This document shows positions 41,701 to 50,513 of a DNA stretch of 64,000 nt, one piece after another. Position 1 is the stretch's first letter. Every line of letters starts with the position of its first letter. Below the pieces are notes generated by a model. It worked only from the letters and a program-made list of their open reading frames with translations. It made no database searches and was not told where the DNA came from. The translations under genes and the position numbers were made by a program. Source of the DNA: Bacteroidota bacterium (GTDB taxonomy: Bacteria; Bacteroidota; Bacteroidia; Bacteroidales; GCA-2748055); assembly GCA_039714655.1 (NCBI GenBank), contig JBDLIX010000006.1, positions 4,448 through 68,447 on the forward strand, read 5' to 3'.

Positions 41701-43386
41701 ATGATATTAATAGCAGACAGTGGCTCCACAAAAACCGATTGGAGATTAATCGATGGTGAGAAAGAGTATTCCATGTCAACCCGGGGGATCAATCCATACC
41801 ACTCCTCCACTGATGAAATTGCAGCAGAGTTGGATAAACTGGATGTGACCAAAGAGATAGAGAAAGTCCAGGATATTTTCTTCTATGGTTCCGGAGTAGC
41901 CAATGAGGCGATGAAAGAGGTGATGCGCAACTGCCTCCAACGTAAATTTGGTGAGAACACCAACATCCAGGTTGAAGATGATCTTACTGGAGTGGCACGG
42001 GCACTCTTTCTGCAGAATAACGGCATTGCCTGCATCCTTGGAACCGGTTCCAATTCGTGCCTTTACAAGGATGGTGAGATCCAGGATAAGGTACCTGCCC
42101 TGGGGTATTCCCTGGGTGATGAAGGGAGCGGTACCGATATTGGTAAACGACTTGTGAATGCGCTGTTAAAGAGAAACCTGAGTGATCAATTAAGAGAGGC
42201 GATTATTTCCGAAGAGGGACTTTCCGAGAACGAGATCCTGGAGAATGTATATAAGAAACCTCACGCAAACCGGTACCTTGCATCTCTTACGAAGATTGCT
42301 GGAAAATATATTGAACACAAGGAGATCAGGGAGATCGTATCCGAGGCATTTGACGACTTTATCCAAAAGAATATTTCAAAATACAAGGATTATGAAACCT
42401 CTGAAATTGGATTTGCAGGTTCTGTGGCCTATCATTTCAGCGAAATCCTCGCTGATGTACTCAAAAAACAACAACTGAAGTTCAGTCAGATCATCGCCAC
42501 GCCCATTGAGGGTCTGGTCAAATATCACAGGGAGGTAAAAACAACAAAGGCGAAGAGTACCGAATCCATCACAGAATCATCCTCCAGGTATGATAACCTT
42601 GAGAAAATGTCGGTGAAAGAGTTGCTGGCCAACATCAACAGGGAGGATAGTACCGTACACAAAGCGGTCCACACCATTATTCCTCAGATTCAAAAACTTG
42701 TGGAGGGCATCATACCCCGCATTATGAAGGGGGGGCGACTGTTCTATGTGGGAGCCGGGACCAGTGGCAGGTTAGGGATTTTAGATGCATCTGAGATCCC
42801 CCCCACCTTTGGTGTACCATATGACATTGTGATCGGGATCATCGCCGGGGGTGACAAAGCGATTCGAAAGGCTGTTGAATCGGCCGAAGATGATTTTCAC
42901 GGAGCCTGGCGCGACCTGGCCAAGTTTAAGCCCGGTAAAAATGATGTTATTGTAGGGATTGCTGCTTCGGGCAGAACTCCCTATGTGATCGGAGCAGTCA
43001 GAGACGGCAGGAATAATGGTCTCCTGACAGGTTGCATTACCTGTAATCCCAACTCCCAACTGGCCAAAGAGGTGGATGTCCCCCTGGAGGCCCTTGTGGG
43101 ACCTGAATTTGTAACAGGAAGTACGCGTATGAAGGCAGGAACTGCCCAAAAACTGATCCTGAATATGATTACCACTTCCACCATGATCAAGCTGGGAAAG
43201 GTGAAAGGCAACAAGATGGTGGATATGCAACTCACCAACAAAAAACTGGTGGAGCGGGGTTCCCGGATGATCAGTGATGAACTGGGCATCGACATGGAGG
43301 AATCACAACGCCTGCTGCTTCTGCACGGATCGGTCAGGAATGTTCTGGACATCTACAATATCGACAATCCCGAACAGAAATATTAG
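41701..43386 (+). CDS. murQ: Fusion of BadF/BcrAD-type amino-sugar kinase (MurK-like) and MurNAc-6-phosphate etherase MurQ
   Basis: N-half: ILIADSGSTKTDW, CILGTGSNS, LGDEGSG. C-half: GAGTSGRLGILDASEIPPTFG, ESAED, GIAASGRTPYV, GPEFVTGSTRMKAGTAQK. Confidence 0.92.
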   Translation: MILIADSGSTKTDWRLIDGEKEYSMSTRGINPYHSSTDEIAAELDKLDVTKEIEKVQDIFFYGSGVANEAMKEVMRNCLQRKFGENTNIQVEDDLTGVARALFLQNNGIACILGTGSNSCLYKDGEIQDKVPALGYSLGDEGSGTDIGKRLVNALLKRNLSDQLREAIISEEGLSENEILENVYKKPHANRYLASLTKIAGKYIEHKEIREIVSEAFDDFIQKNISKYKDYETSEIGFAGSVAYHFSEILADVLKKQQLKFSQIIATPIEGLVKYHREVKTTKAKSTESITESSSRYDNLEKMSVKELLANINREDSTVHKAVHTIIPQIQKLVEGIIPRIMKGGRLFYVGAGTSGRLGILDASEIPPTFGVPYDIVIGIIAGGDKAIRKAVESAEDDFHGAWRDLAKFKPGKNDVIVGIAASGRTPYVIGAVRDGRNNGLLTGCITCNPNSQLAKEVDVPLEALVGPEFVTGSTRMKAGTAQKLILNMITTSTMIKLGKVKGNKMVDMQLTNKKLVERGSRMISDELGIDMEESQRLLLLHGSVRNVLDIYNIDNPEQKY

Positions 43387-43614
43387 GATATCATTCCAGC
43401 GTCGATTTGAAAATCCAGGATAGTTCATTTGCATTCTATTTAAATATACTCGAATTTTGGAAATGTTAATTCCAAATTGAGGGTTAAACTGGTCTTAGGA
43501 GTATCCTGAAAAAATAAGAACTTTTCGATAACGGCAACATTGCGGCAAAACTTCAGGAAGTGAAGGATGAGTTGAAACAAAGATGAAAAACATAAATGGC
43601 TCATACCACGAGCT

Positions 43615-44709
43615 CTATTTCCTTCCGATAGATCTGGCATACAGCAATGCCACGGTCCTGTAAAGTATGTGTCCAAACTTTGTGAAAGGGAGGTACATGA
43701 TCACAAACCACACGGCCACAAGATGAAAAAAGTAAAGGTGATAGGCAATGGACCAGTTTCCAAAACGGGCCCACTCCACAAATGTTCCTGAGATGGTCAA
43801 TAAGCCTATGGATATGAGTAACAGCCAATCGGAATAACCGCTCTTCCCAAAGAGAGTTCTGTTAAAAAGGCGCTGTCCAGTCATGATACCCAGTCCGGTA
43901 AGGATCATTAATGAAGCTACATTTCCCGCGATCTTGAATGGATTCAGGAATGGCAATGGATAGTTATGTGTAATAGAAGCCCAGATAGCGTAAAGGGTGA
44001 CCAGGATCAGTGTTCCAAATCCAAAAAACACCAGCATATGAGCTATCTGCCTTTTTCGTTGTGAACCGCAACCTGAGAAATTGGAATGGGAGAGGATCTC
44101 GCCCAATATCTTTAACACCGGACGACTGGGACCTTTTTTATCTCCTGATGGCGGAGTCTGGCGTTTCATATCTTTCCAGAAAGATCCTATTCCCCATGAA
44201 GCCAGCAAATAAAAGACAAGTGTGATTGCCGAGAAGGTTGAGTTGAGCCATGCATGGGGAAAGAACTCGGAGTAATCCACCGGTCCCTCAGGGATTTTAA
44301 ATGTGCCTGCAATGGAAAGGATGGAGATAATCACCACCACCGGAATCAGGATAGCAACTGGCAACCATGCAGGCTCACTCACCAGTTTTCCCAGAAACTG
44401 CGGACGTGCATAATGCATATAACTCTTCTGCCGCACAGCGGCGATCACATCTGCCGGTTTTACATCACGGGGACAGTAGCTGCTGCAATCACCGCACTGA
44501 TGGCACAACCATACATCCACGTTTCCAATGAGTTTCTCCTTTAAACCCCAACCCGACCATACCATCTCCTTCCTGGGGAACGGTCTATCAGCCGGAGCCA
44601 GCGAACATACCGCAGAGCAATTCCCGCACTGCATGCACTGATTCAGTGGTGAACCGCTCATGCGGCTCAGCTCCCTTTTAAATTCTATGTCAGGTTTAAT
44701 TAAGTTCAC
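43615..44709 (-). CDS. qmoC: Quinone-interacting membrane-bound oxidoreductase subunit C
   Basis: CMQCGNCSAVC and WLCHQCGDCSSYCPR (HdrC-like) plus a multi-TM domain with four candidate heme-b His (FFPH, IAHML, FFHLV, FGHIL). Likely GTG start at 44709; the track's start at 44745 overlaps qmoB. Confidence 0.9.
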   Translation of the reverse strand: MNLIKPDIEFKRELSRMSGSPLNQCMQCGNCSAVCSLAPADRPFPRKEMVWSGWGLKEKLIGNVDVWLCHQCGDCSSYCPRDVKPADVIAAVRQKSYMHYARPQFLGKLVSEPAWLPVAILIPVVVIISILSIAGTFKIPEGPVDYSEFFPHAWLNSTFSAITLVFYLLASWGIGSFWKDMKRQTPPSGDKKGPSRPVLKILGEILSHSNFSGCGSQRKRQIAHMLVFFGFGTLILVTLYAIWASITHNYPLPFLNPFKIAGNVASLMILTGLGIMTGQRLFNRTLFGKSGYSDWLLLISIGLLTISGTFVEWARFGNWSIAYHLYFFHLVAVWFVIMYLPFTKFGHILYRTVALLYARSIGRK

Positions 44710-44716
44710 TTCTCTA

Positions 44717-46828
44717 TTACATACTCTTGAAAGGATTTGGACCAATGAGTTCCAGCTCCTCTATGTATTCATTAATGATCTCCTGTATTTCATGATGACC
44801 TGTAATCTCAACAAAACGGGTCCGGATCCGTTCAGGCTCCAGCATCATAGTTTCCAGAGTCTCCTGCAGGTTTTCGCCCCGTTGCTCGGTGAGTTCGCTG
44901 CCATGAATAAAATGACACTGGTAGTCGTCACCCGGCTTGCACCCAATCTGCAGAATTCCATCATACCCATGGGAAAGTGCATCTGAGATCCACACCTTGT
45001 TGATGGAGCCAAGGCATCGAACCGGGATAACCCTGACAAACGGACTATATTTTAACCGATGGACACCTGCTGCATCCAGGGCAGGATAAGCATCATTCTC
45101 ACAAACAAATACCAGTACCCTTGGTTTCTCTTCAAACTCATCGGGTACATGGATGGATTTGATCATGGCAGATACACTATTGATGGAGAAATCTGCAAAA
45201 CCGATGACCCTCTCAGGGCAAGAACCCACACAGATTCCACACCTGCGACACCTTGCCGGGTTGGGCAGGGGGGTCCCTTTTTCATTCTCGTCATAGCTCC
45301 CGAAAGGACACTCCTCCGTGCACCGCTTGCAATCGGTACAGCGGTCCATATAAAGCTCCGGGAAAGTCAGATCTCCGGATCGGGGATGGACCGCTTCTCC
45401 CCTCTTTACAGATTCAACAGACTGGATTGCCTTCATCATGGCTCCTGCCGCATCTTCCTGACTTGATTCCAGCTCCATGGGAGCCCTCACTGTGCCTGCA
45501 GCATAGACACCTGTCCTCCTGGTTTCATAGGGGAAGCAGATAAAGTGAGAATCGGAAAAATTATAGGCTATCTCAGGCAGTCCCCTACCCTGTCTGTATT
45601 GAAGCTGCAGATCCTCTGTACTGTTGGGAACCATTCCTGTGGCCAGCACTACCATATCGCTCTCGATCCCGATCATATCATCCAGCAGAGAATCTTTCAC
45701 GACAACTTGTACCGCATCAGCTTCTTCTGAAACCGAATCGATCACTCCCTTGGTGAGGAATATGGCATCATCGGCCTGGACCATTTTATAAAACTCTTCC
45801 TGAAATCCTGTTGTGCGGATATCCCTGTAGACAATAAAAACCTGTGAGTCAGGATTCTTTTCCCGCACATAGAGTGCCTGTTTAAGTGCAGCTGAACAGC
45901 AATAGGAGGAGCAGTAGGGAAGATGGTTCTCGTCCCTGGATCCTGCACATAATATAAAGAGAACCCGGTCCGGCACCTTTTCTACCTGAACAAACTTTTC
46001 AAACTCCTCCATGGTTTGAACCCTGGATGCACCATAACCCAGGTGTTTAAGTTTTCCCGTATCATACGGCTTCCATCCGGTTGCGACAACCACAGAACCA
46101 ACAGTGAACGGACGATCCTTTCCGTTTTGTAACTGTACTAAAAACTGACCTGGCTCACCGGAGACAGATCCTATCATCGTATCCAGATAAACCTCCACAT
46201 CTGAATGTGCAAGCACCTTTTCTGCCAGCGCCGTAGTATCTGGTTCACGCAATCCCTCACCTTGACCAGCAGAGGGCATTAGTTTATAAAGTCTTCCCGC
46301 GTATCCGCCCAGGGCTTTCCCCTTCTCCACCAGGTGTATCCGGTATCCGGCCTCTGCGCCTTCCAGCGCTGCTGTAATTCCGGTGACCCCTCCTCCAACC
46401 ACAAGTATGTCTGTGGATATGTTTTCAGGAATATAGGGGGTGTTATCTGAAATCGCATCCAGTTTAGCCAGAACCATCCTTACCTGGTCTTCCGCCATCA
46501 TTTGGGTATCTTCATCACCCGGCTCCATGACCCAGGTCACCTGCTCCCGCAGGTTAATCCTCTCCACATAGACATCTTCAATATTAAACAGCTCGCTCTT
46601 GACCCTTGGCGAGCATGCTGCAATGGCCAGCCTGTCAACTTCTGCCTCCCCGGAGATCCTGTGTAACTCCTCCAATCCCGCTTCAGAACAGAGTGCCTCA
46701 TGGGTAAAAGAGGTAATTCCCTCCACGGCTTCACCTGCTACCTGGAGAAGTTTCCCTGTATGGATGCAATCCCCTATTCCGCATCCGCTGCAAACTGCCA
46801 GAGCCATATGTTTTTTCGTTGTCTCCAT
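44717..46828 (-). CDS. qmoB: QmoB (HdrA-like FAD domain, ferredoxin, MvhD-like domain)
   Basis: VVGGGVTG, CAGSRD...YCSSYCC, HFICFPYETRRTG, CTDCKRCTEECP, CRRCGICVGSCP, VCENDAYPA and GCKPGDDYQCHF. Confidence 0.93.
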   Translation of the reverse strand: METTKKHMALAVCSGCGIGDCIHTGKLLQVAGEAVEGITSFTHEALCSEAGLEELHRISGEAEVDRLAIAACSPRVKSELFNIEDVYVERINLREQVTWVMEPGDEDTQMMAEDQVRMVLAKLDAISDNTPYIPENISTDILVVGGGVTGITAALEGAEAGYRIHLVEKGKALGGYAGRLYKLMPSAGQGEGLREPDTTALAEKVLAHSDVEVYLDTMIGSVSGEPGQFLVQLQNGKDRPFTVGSVVVATGWKPYDTGKLKHLGYGASRVQTMEEFEKFVQVEKVPDRVLFILCAGSRDENHLPYCSSYCCSAALKQALYVREKNPDSQVFIVYRDIRTTGFQEEFYKMVQADDAIFLTKGVIDSVSEEADAVQVVVKDSLLDDMIGIESDMVVLATGMVPNSTEDLQLQYRQGRGLPEIAYNFSDSHFICFPYETRRTGVYAAGTVRAPMELESSQEDAAGAMMKAIQSVESVKRGEAVHPRSGDLTFPELYMDRCTDCKRCTEECPFGSYDENEKGTPLPNPARCRRCGICVGSCPERVIGFADFSINSVSAMIKSIHVPDEFEEKPRVLVFVCENDAYPALDAAGVHRLKYSPFVRVIPVRCLGSINKVWISDALSHGYDGILQIGCKPGDDYQCHFIHGSELTEQRGENLQETLETMMLEPERIRTRFVEITGHHEIQEIINEYIEELELIGPNPFKSM

Positions 46829-48048
46829 TATGGTTGCATCGCCTTTAGAACTGCTGCCGTGGCATCCCTGACCGATGAAGCCACATCCATGGGCCTTTTG
46901 CAGGTGGCTGCCGGGATCATACCTGCCACCATGCCTGGTTCATAGAATCCATAGTTGTTTGTGGGTAGTTCAACCGCCAGATGATTGGGCACAAGACCCA
47001 TTGCCAGCACCACCATGTCATAGGACTCCATGCGCCTGGTTGCCGCCATGATATCCTCCACTTCAAGGATCAACCCATTCCCATTCTCATCAGAATTAAT
47101 TCGGCCCACCTTCCCTTTTGTAAGGGTGATGGAGGAGGATTCCTGAGCCTTGTTCAATAGTTTTTCATTTCTTCCTGCAAGCCTCAGATCGATGTAGAAT
47201 ATTTCGGTTTTCATTTCGGGATAACTCTCTGCCAGGGTCAGGGCATGCTTCAGGGATGCCGAACAGCAAACCGCTGAACAATAGGGCAAATGAAGATGGT
47301 CCCGTGAACCGGCGCACTGTATAAATGCAATGTTTTTGGGCACCTCTCCATCTGATGGTCTGATCAATTTCTTATGATCCCTCGTACAGGCCGCCAGCAT
47401 GTGCTCAAACTCCAGGTTGGTGACCACGTCAGGCTCTTCGGAATAGCGGTAATTCTCGATTCTGGATGCATCATAGAGCCTCCATCCGGTGGCCACAATA
47501 ATCTTCTTGGCCTGAATTTCAATTTCAACGGGTTTTGCATCCAGCTGGATGGCTTCATAGCCGCAAACCGCCAGGCATTTCCCGCACGCCTCTTTTTTAC
47601 ATACCTGCTCATCGATGGTATACTTCATTGGGAAAGCCAGTCCCCCTGGAACATAAGCAGCTTTTTCCTCCGGATTGCCACCTACAACAGTGGGCCTGAT
47701 TTCGGGACAAACCTCTGCGCACTTCCCACAGGATGTACACCTGCTATTGATAAGCCGGGCATCCAGTAATATCTTTGCATTGAAATCGCCGTCACTCCCC
47801 GAAATATCCTGCAACTGGGCTCCGGTATAATAGGTAATGCGAGAATTGGATCGGATTCTTTTGTAATTGATCTCCAGTCCGCATGCAGGAGGACACAGTT
47901 TGGGAAAGTAGTTGTTGAATCCAGATACATTTCCTCCCAGGTAGGGTTTCTTCTCAATGAGTACCACCTCCTGACCGGCCTCTGCCATTTCAACTGCTGC
48001 AGTTATACCGCTGATACCACCACCTATAATCAGAGTCGGAAAGCTCAA
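46828..48048 (-). CDS. qmoA: QmoA (HdrA-like)
   Basis: IIGGGISG, YFPKLCPPACG, CTSCGKCAEVCP and QCAGSRD..HLPYCSAVCC; TTG start; stop overlaps qmoB ATG (TAATG). Confidence 0.93.
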   Translation of the reverse strand: MSFPTLIIGGGISGITAAVEMAEAGQEVVLIEKKPYLGGNVSGFNNYFPKLCPPACGLEINYKRIRSNSRITYYTGAQLQDISGSDGDFNAKILLDARLINSRCTSCGKCAEVCPEIRPTVVGGNPEEKAAYVPGGLAFPMKYTIDEQVCKKEACGKCLAVCGYEAIQLDAKPVEIEIQAKKIIVATGWRLYDASRIENYRYSEEPDVVTNLEFEHMLAACTRDHKKLIRPSDGEVPKNIAFIQCAGSRDHLHLPYCSAVCCSASLKHALTLAESYPEMKTEIFYIDLRLAGRNEKLLNKAQESSSITLTKGKVGRINSDENGNGLILEVEDIMAATRRMESYDMVVLAMGLVPNHLAVELPTNNYGFYEPGMVAGMIPAATCKRPMDVASSVRDATAAVLKAMQP

Positions 48049-48071
48049 AGTGAAAAGTTGAAAGTTTTAAA

Positions 48072-49952
48072 TTATAAGATTTCGCGTTTTATCATGCTCC
48101 ACTCTCCGGTCCCGGGATCCCAACGGCAATTAGCAAAGGCTTCCCAATCTTCTTTCATGGTAGGATGATCAGTTCGGAAGTAGTAACCTGGCCACCTGGT
48201 CTCCTCCCTGAAAAGCAGCGTGCGCAGATGAGATTCAGCCTGCCACATCCGGTGAACATTCTCCCAGCAGCGCATCAGTTCATTCAGGTCACCTGCTGCC
48301 AGTTTAGCTGCATCCTCTTTCATAAACTGAAGGTACTCCAGCCCTTTGGTCAACAGTGCTTCGGAGGTTTTGAACCCAACAGAAGCACCTCCCGCATATT
48401 CGTCCATGATCTTCTGTAGCCGGAACATGAACATTTTTGGCTTGATGAAGTGGGGATTCACATCCTCATCGTTGGTGTAGTCACGATGCTGCTCAAATGT
48501 TTTCAGAGGTTGGAGCACCTGTTCTTTTAAGGCTGCAATCTGCTCATCACTGATGTGAACCGGCTCCGGATGATCCACACAAAAAGCGATGGCTGCTTTC
48601 CCTGCAATCCTGCCTTCGGTAAAGGAACCAGAAGAGAATTTATGGGACGAAGCACCCGATGCATCCCCTGCTGCAAAGAGTCCCTTCACGGTTGTCATGT
48701 TGTCGTATCCCCAGGAGTGTTCCCCCGGAGCAAGGTCTTCCGGACCGCTGATCCAGGCCCCGGAAGCTCCCGAATGCGAGCTGATGAAATAGGGCTCAGT
48801 GGCGGAAATCTCAGAAGGAGCTTTCTCTGGCATTATATTATGAGATGCCCAGTTTAGCGCCTGGCTGACAGTCATATCCAGAAAATCCTCCCATGCCTCC
48901 GATTCCAGCTCCTTAAGCTTTCTCTTCGACTCCTTTTCATCAGGAATCTGCGCCACCAGTTCCCTGATGGCCTCGTCGGTTCGCATATAGATGGGACCAT
49001 TGCCTTCCTCGAGCTCAAGCAGCATCAGGTAGTTTCGAAGGTTTGTGGGAGTAGGTTTTGCAGTTCCGTATGGAGCCCATTTTTCTAACTCTCCAGCACG
49101 AGTCTGCATGTAATCTTCCCCTTTTGCATTGGTAGCTTTGGCCTTAAAAAGCAGGAACCATGCTCCCACCGGCCCATAAGAATCCTTAAAACGCACAGGT
49201 ACAAAACGAACTTCCTGACAGGTCATTTCGGCACCTGACTTCAAAGTGAAGTAGGTACTGGCGCCGCTGTTGAAAGGGGGATACCAGGATCTACCCAGTC
49301 CCTCTCCCACTGAGCGTGGACGGAATATATGTACAGCACCACCCATGGAATCGAGGACAGCTTTGGCCTTAAAGAGATAAAATTTATTCTCCCGAACACT
49401 GAATCCCACTGCTCCAACACATCGATCTTCGAGAACCACCGGTTCCGTGATGAAAATGCGTTCATGGTAAGATCCATTTTCGCCCAACTCTTTCAGGGCA
49501 TTCTTGGCTGCCTCGGATACAATATTCTTATACGATTCTCCGTGGATCATGATCTGCCACCTTCCCTCGTTCACATAATTTCCTTCATCATCCTTCCAGA
49601 TGGGTAATCCCCATTTTTCAAAAAGATGGACCGATGAATCCACATGACGGGCAATATTTGCAACCAGGTCTTTCCTGGCAATCCCCATGAGGTCGTTCTT
49701 TACATAACTGACGTAATCCTCAACCGTGTTGTTGCCATTCTTCAGACCCAGGTAGAGGTTGATGGCTGAAAGTCCCATGGCCACAGCCCCGCTTCGCTCC
49801 ATTGCAGCTTTATCCACCAATGTAACACGCTGGTTATGTTTTTTTGCCCAGTGGGCAGCTTCGTAGGCTGCCCCGCAGGCAGCCATTCCACCTCCAAGGA
49901 TCAACAGATCGGTTTCCACTACCACTGTCTCAAAACTATCTGCATTTATCAC
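48072..49952 (-). CDS. aprA: Dissimilatory-type adenylylsulfate reductase alpha subunit
   Basis: RSGAVAMGLSAIN, WQIMIHGESYK, GRSWYPPFN, RFVPVRFKDSYGPVGAWF, HKFSSGSFTEGR and REETRWPGYY; GTG start. Confidence 0.96.
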   Translation of the reverse strand: MINADSFETVVVETDLLILGGGMAACGAAYEAAHWAKKHNQRVTLVDKAAMERSGAVAMGLSAINLYLGLKNGNNTVEDYVSYVKNDLMGIARKDLVANIARHVDSSVHLFEKWGLPIWKDDEGNYVNEGRWQIMIHGESYKNIVSEAAKNALKELGENGSYHERIFITEPVVLEDRCVGAVGFSVRENKFYLFKAKAVLDSMGGAVHIFRPRSVGEGLGRSWYPPFNSGASTYFTLKSGAEMTCQEVRFVPVRFKDSYGPVGAWFLLFKAKATNAKGEDYMQTRAGELEKWAPYGTAKPTPTNLRNYLMLLELEEGNGPIYMRTDEAIRELVAQIPDEKESKRKLKELESEAWEDFLDMTVSQALNWASHNIMPEKAPSEISATEPYFISSHSGASGAWISGPEDLAPGEHSWGYDNMTTVKGLFAAGDASGASSHKFSSGSFTEGRIAGKAAIAFCVDHPEPVHISDEQIAALKEQVLQPLKTFEQHRDYTNDEDVNPHFIKPKMFMFRLQKIMDEYAGGASVGFKTSEALLTKGLEYLQFMKEDAAKLAAGDLNELMRCWENVHRMWQAESHLRTLLFREETRWPGYYFRTDHPTMKEDWEAFANCRWDPGTGEWSMIKREIL

Positions 49953-49973
49953 AATTAAATCTCTTTAGTTTGT

Positions 49974-50408
49974 CTACTTTTTGTACAACTCTGTTCCCAG
50001 TGATTCGGGTTCAGTTCTCAATCCGGGCCCTTTCAAGTCATCTGTCCCTGTAGAACATCCGGCATCAGGCACGATGCTCCCTTCGGGGGTGGTCCGGATG
50101 GGAAATTTGAAACGTTTCACCATCTTATTCCGGAACCTGACCGCCCACATGATCGAATCGGTACTCCGTAGAGGCTGCACCACCCCACCCATGGGCATAA
50201 AATCTGCATAACCTCTGATCTCGATTGCCTGCGTAGGACAGATCTTTACACAGCTGTAACACTCCCAGCACATGTCCACAGCACGATTAAAGGCTTTGTT
50301 TTTTTCCTTGTCAAGCACCATCAGGTCATTGGGACAAATATACTGACAGGCAGTACGATCCTGGGCTTTGCAGCCATCGCACTTTTCAGTAATTACGAAA
50401 CTCGGCAT
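49974..50408 (-). CDS. aprB: Adenylylsulfate reductase beta subunit
   Basis: CDGCK....ACQYICPNDLM, CWECYSCVKICP, RGYADF and KRFKFPIRTTPEG. Confidence 0.96.
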   Translation of the reverse strand: MPSFVITEKCDGCKAQDRTACQYICPNDLMVLDKEKNKAFNRAVDMCWECYSCVKICPTQAIEIRGYADFMPMGGVVQPLRSTDSIMWAVRFRNKMVKRFKFPIRTTPEGSIVPDAGCSTGTDDLKGPGLRTEPESLGTELYKK

Positions 50409-50432
50409 AGATTTTTTTGTTTGAGAACTTCA

Positions 50433-50440
50433 CAAACATA
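50433..50440 (-). promoter_or_regulatory. Bacteroidota -7 promoter element for aprBA-qmoABC
   Basis: TATGTTTG (TAnnTTTG) 24 bp upstream of the aprB ATG; no clear -33 TTTG seen. Confidence 0.6.
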
Positions 50441-50513
50441 ATTAAATAATCCCGGGGGTGATTGTTGAAAACCCGGGGCAGAGGAAATTTAGAATTATTA
50501 TAAAATCAATTAA

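Noticed and set aside
44717-48048. Methanogen-type HdrABC/Mvh or selenocysteine-containing HdrA
   Set aside because: Position after aprBA and QmoA/B/C-specific architecture identify Qmo; there is no HdrB, and the ORFs are uninterrupted with Cys in CAGSRD.
50451-50478. Two CCCGGGG motifs upstream of aprB as operator or terminator
   Set aside because: Only a short stem with a long loop and no clear U-tract; insufficient support.
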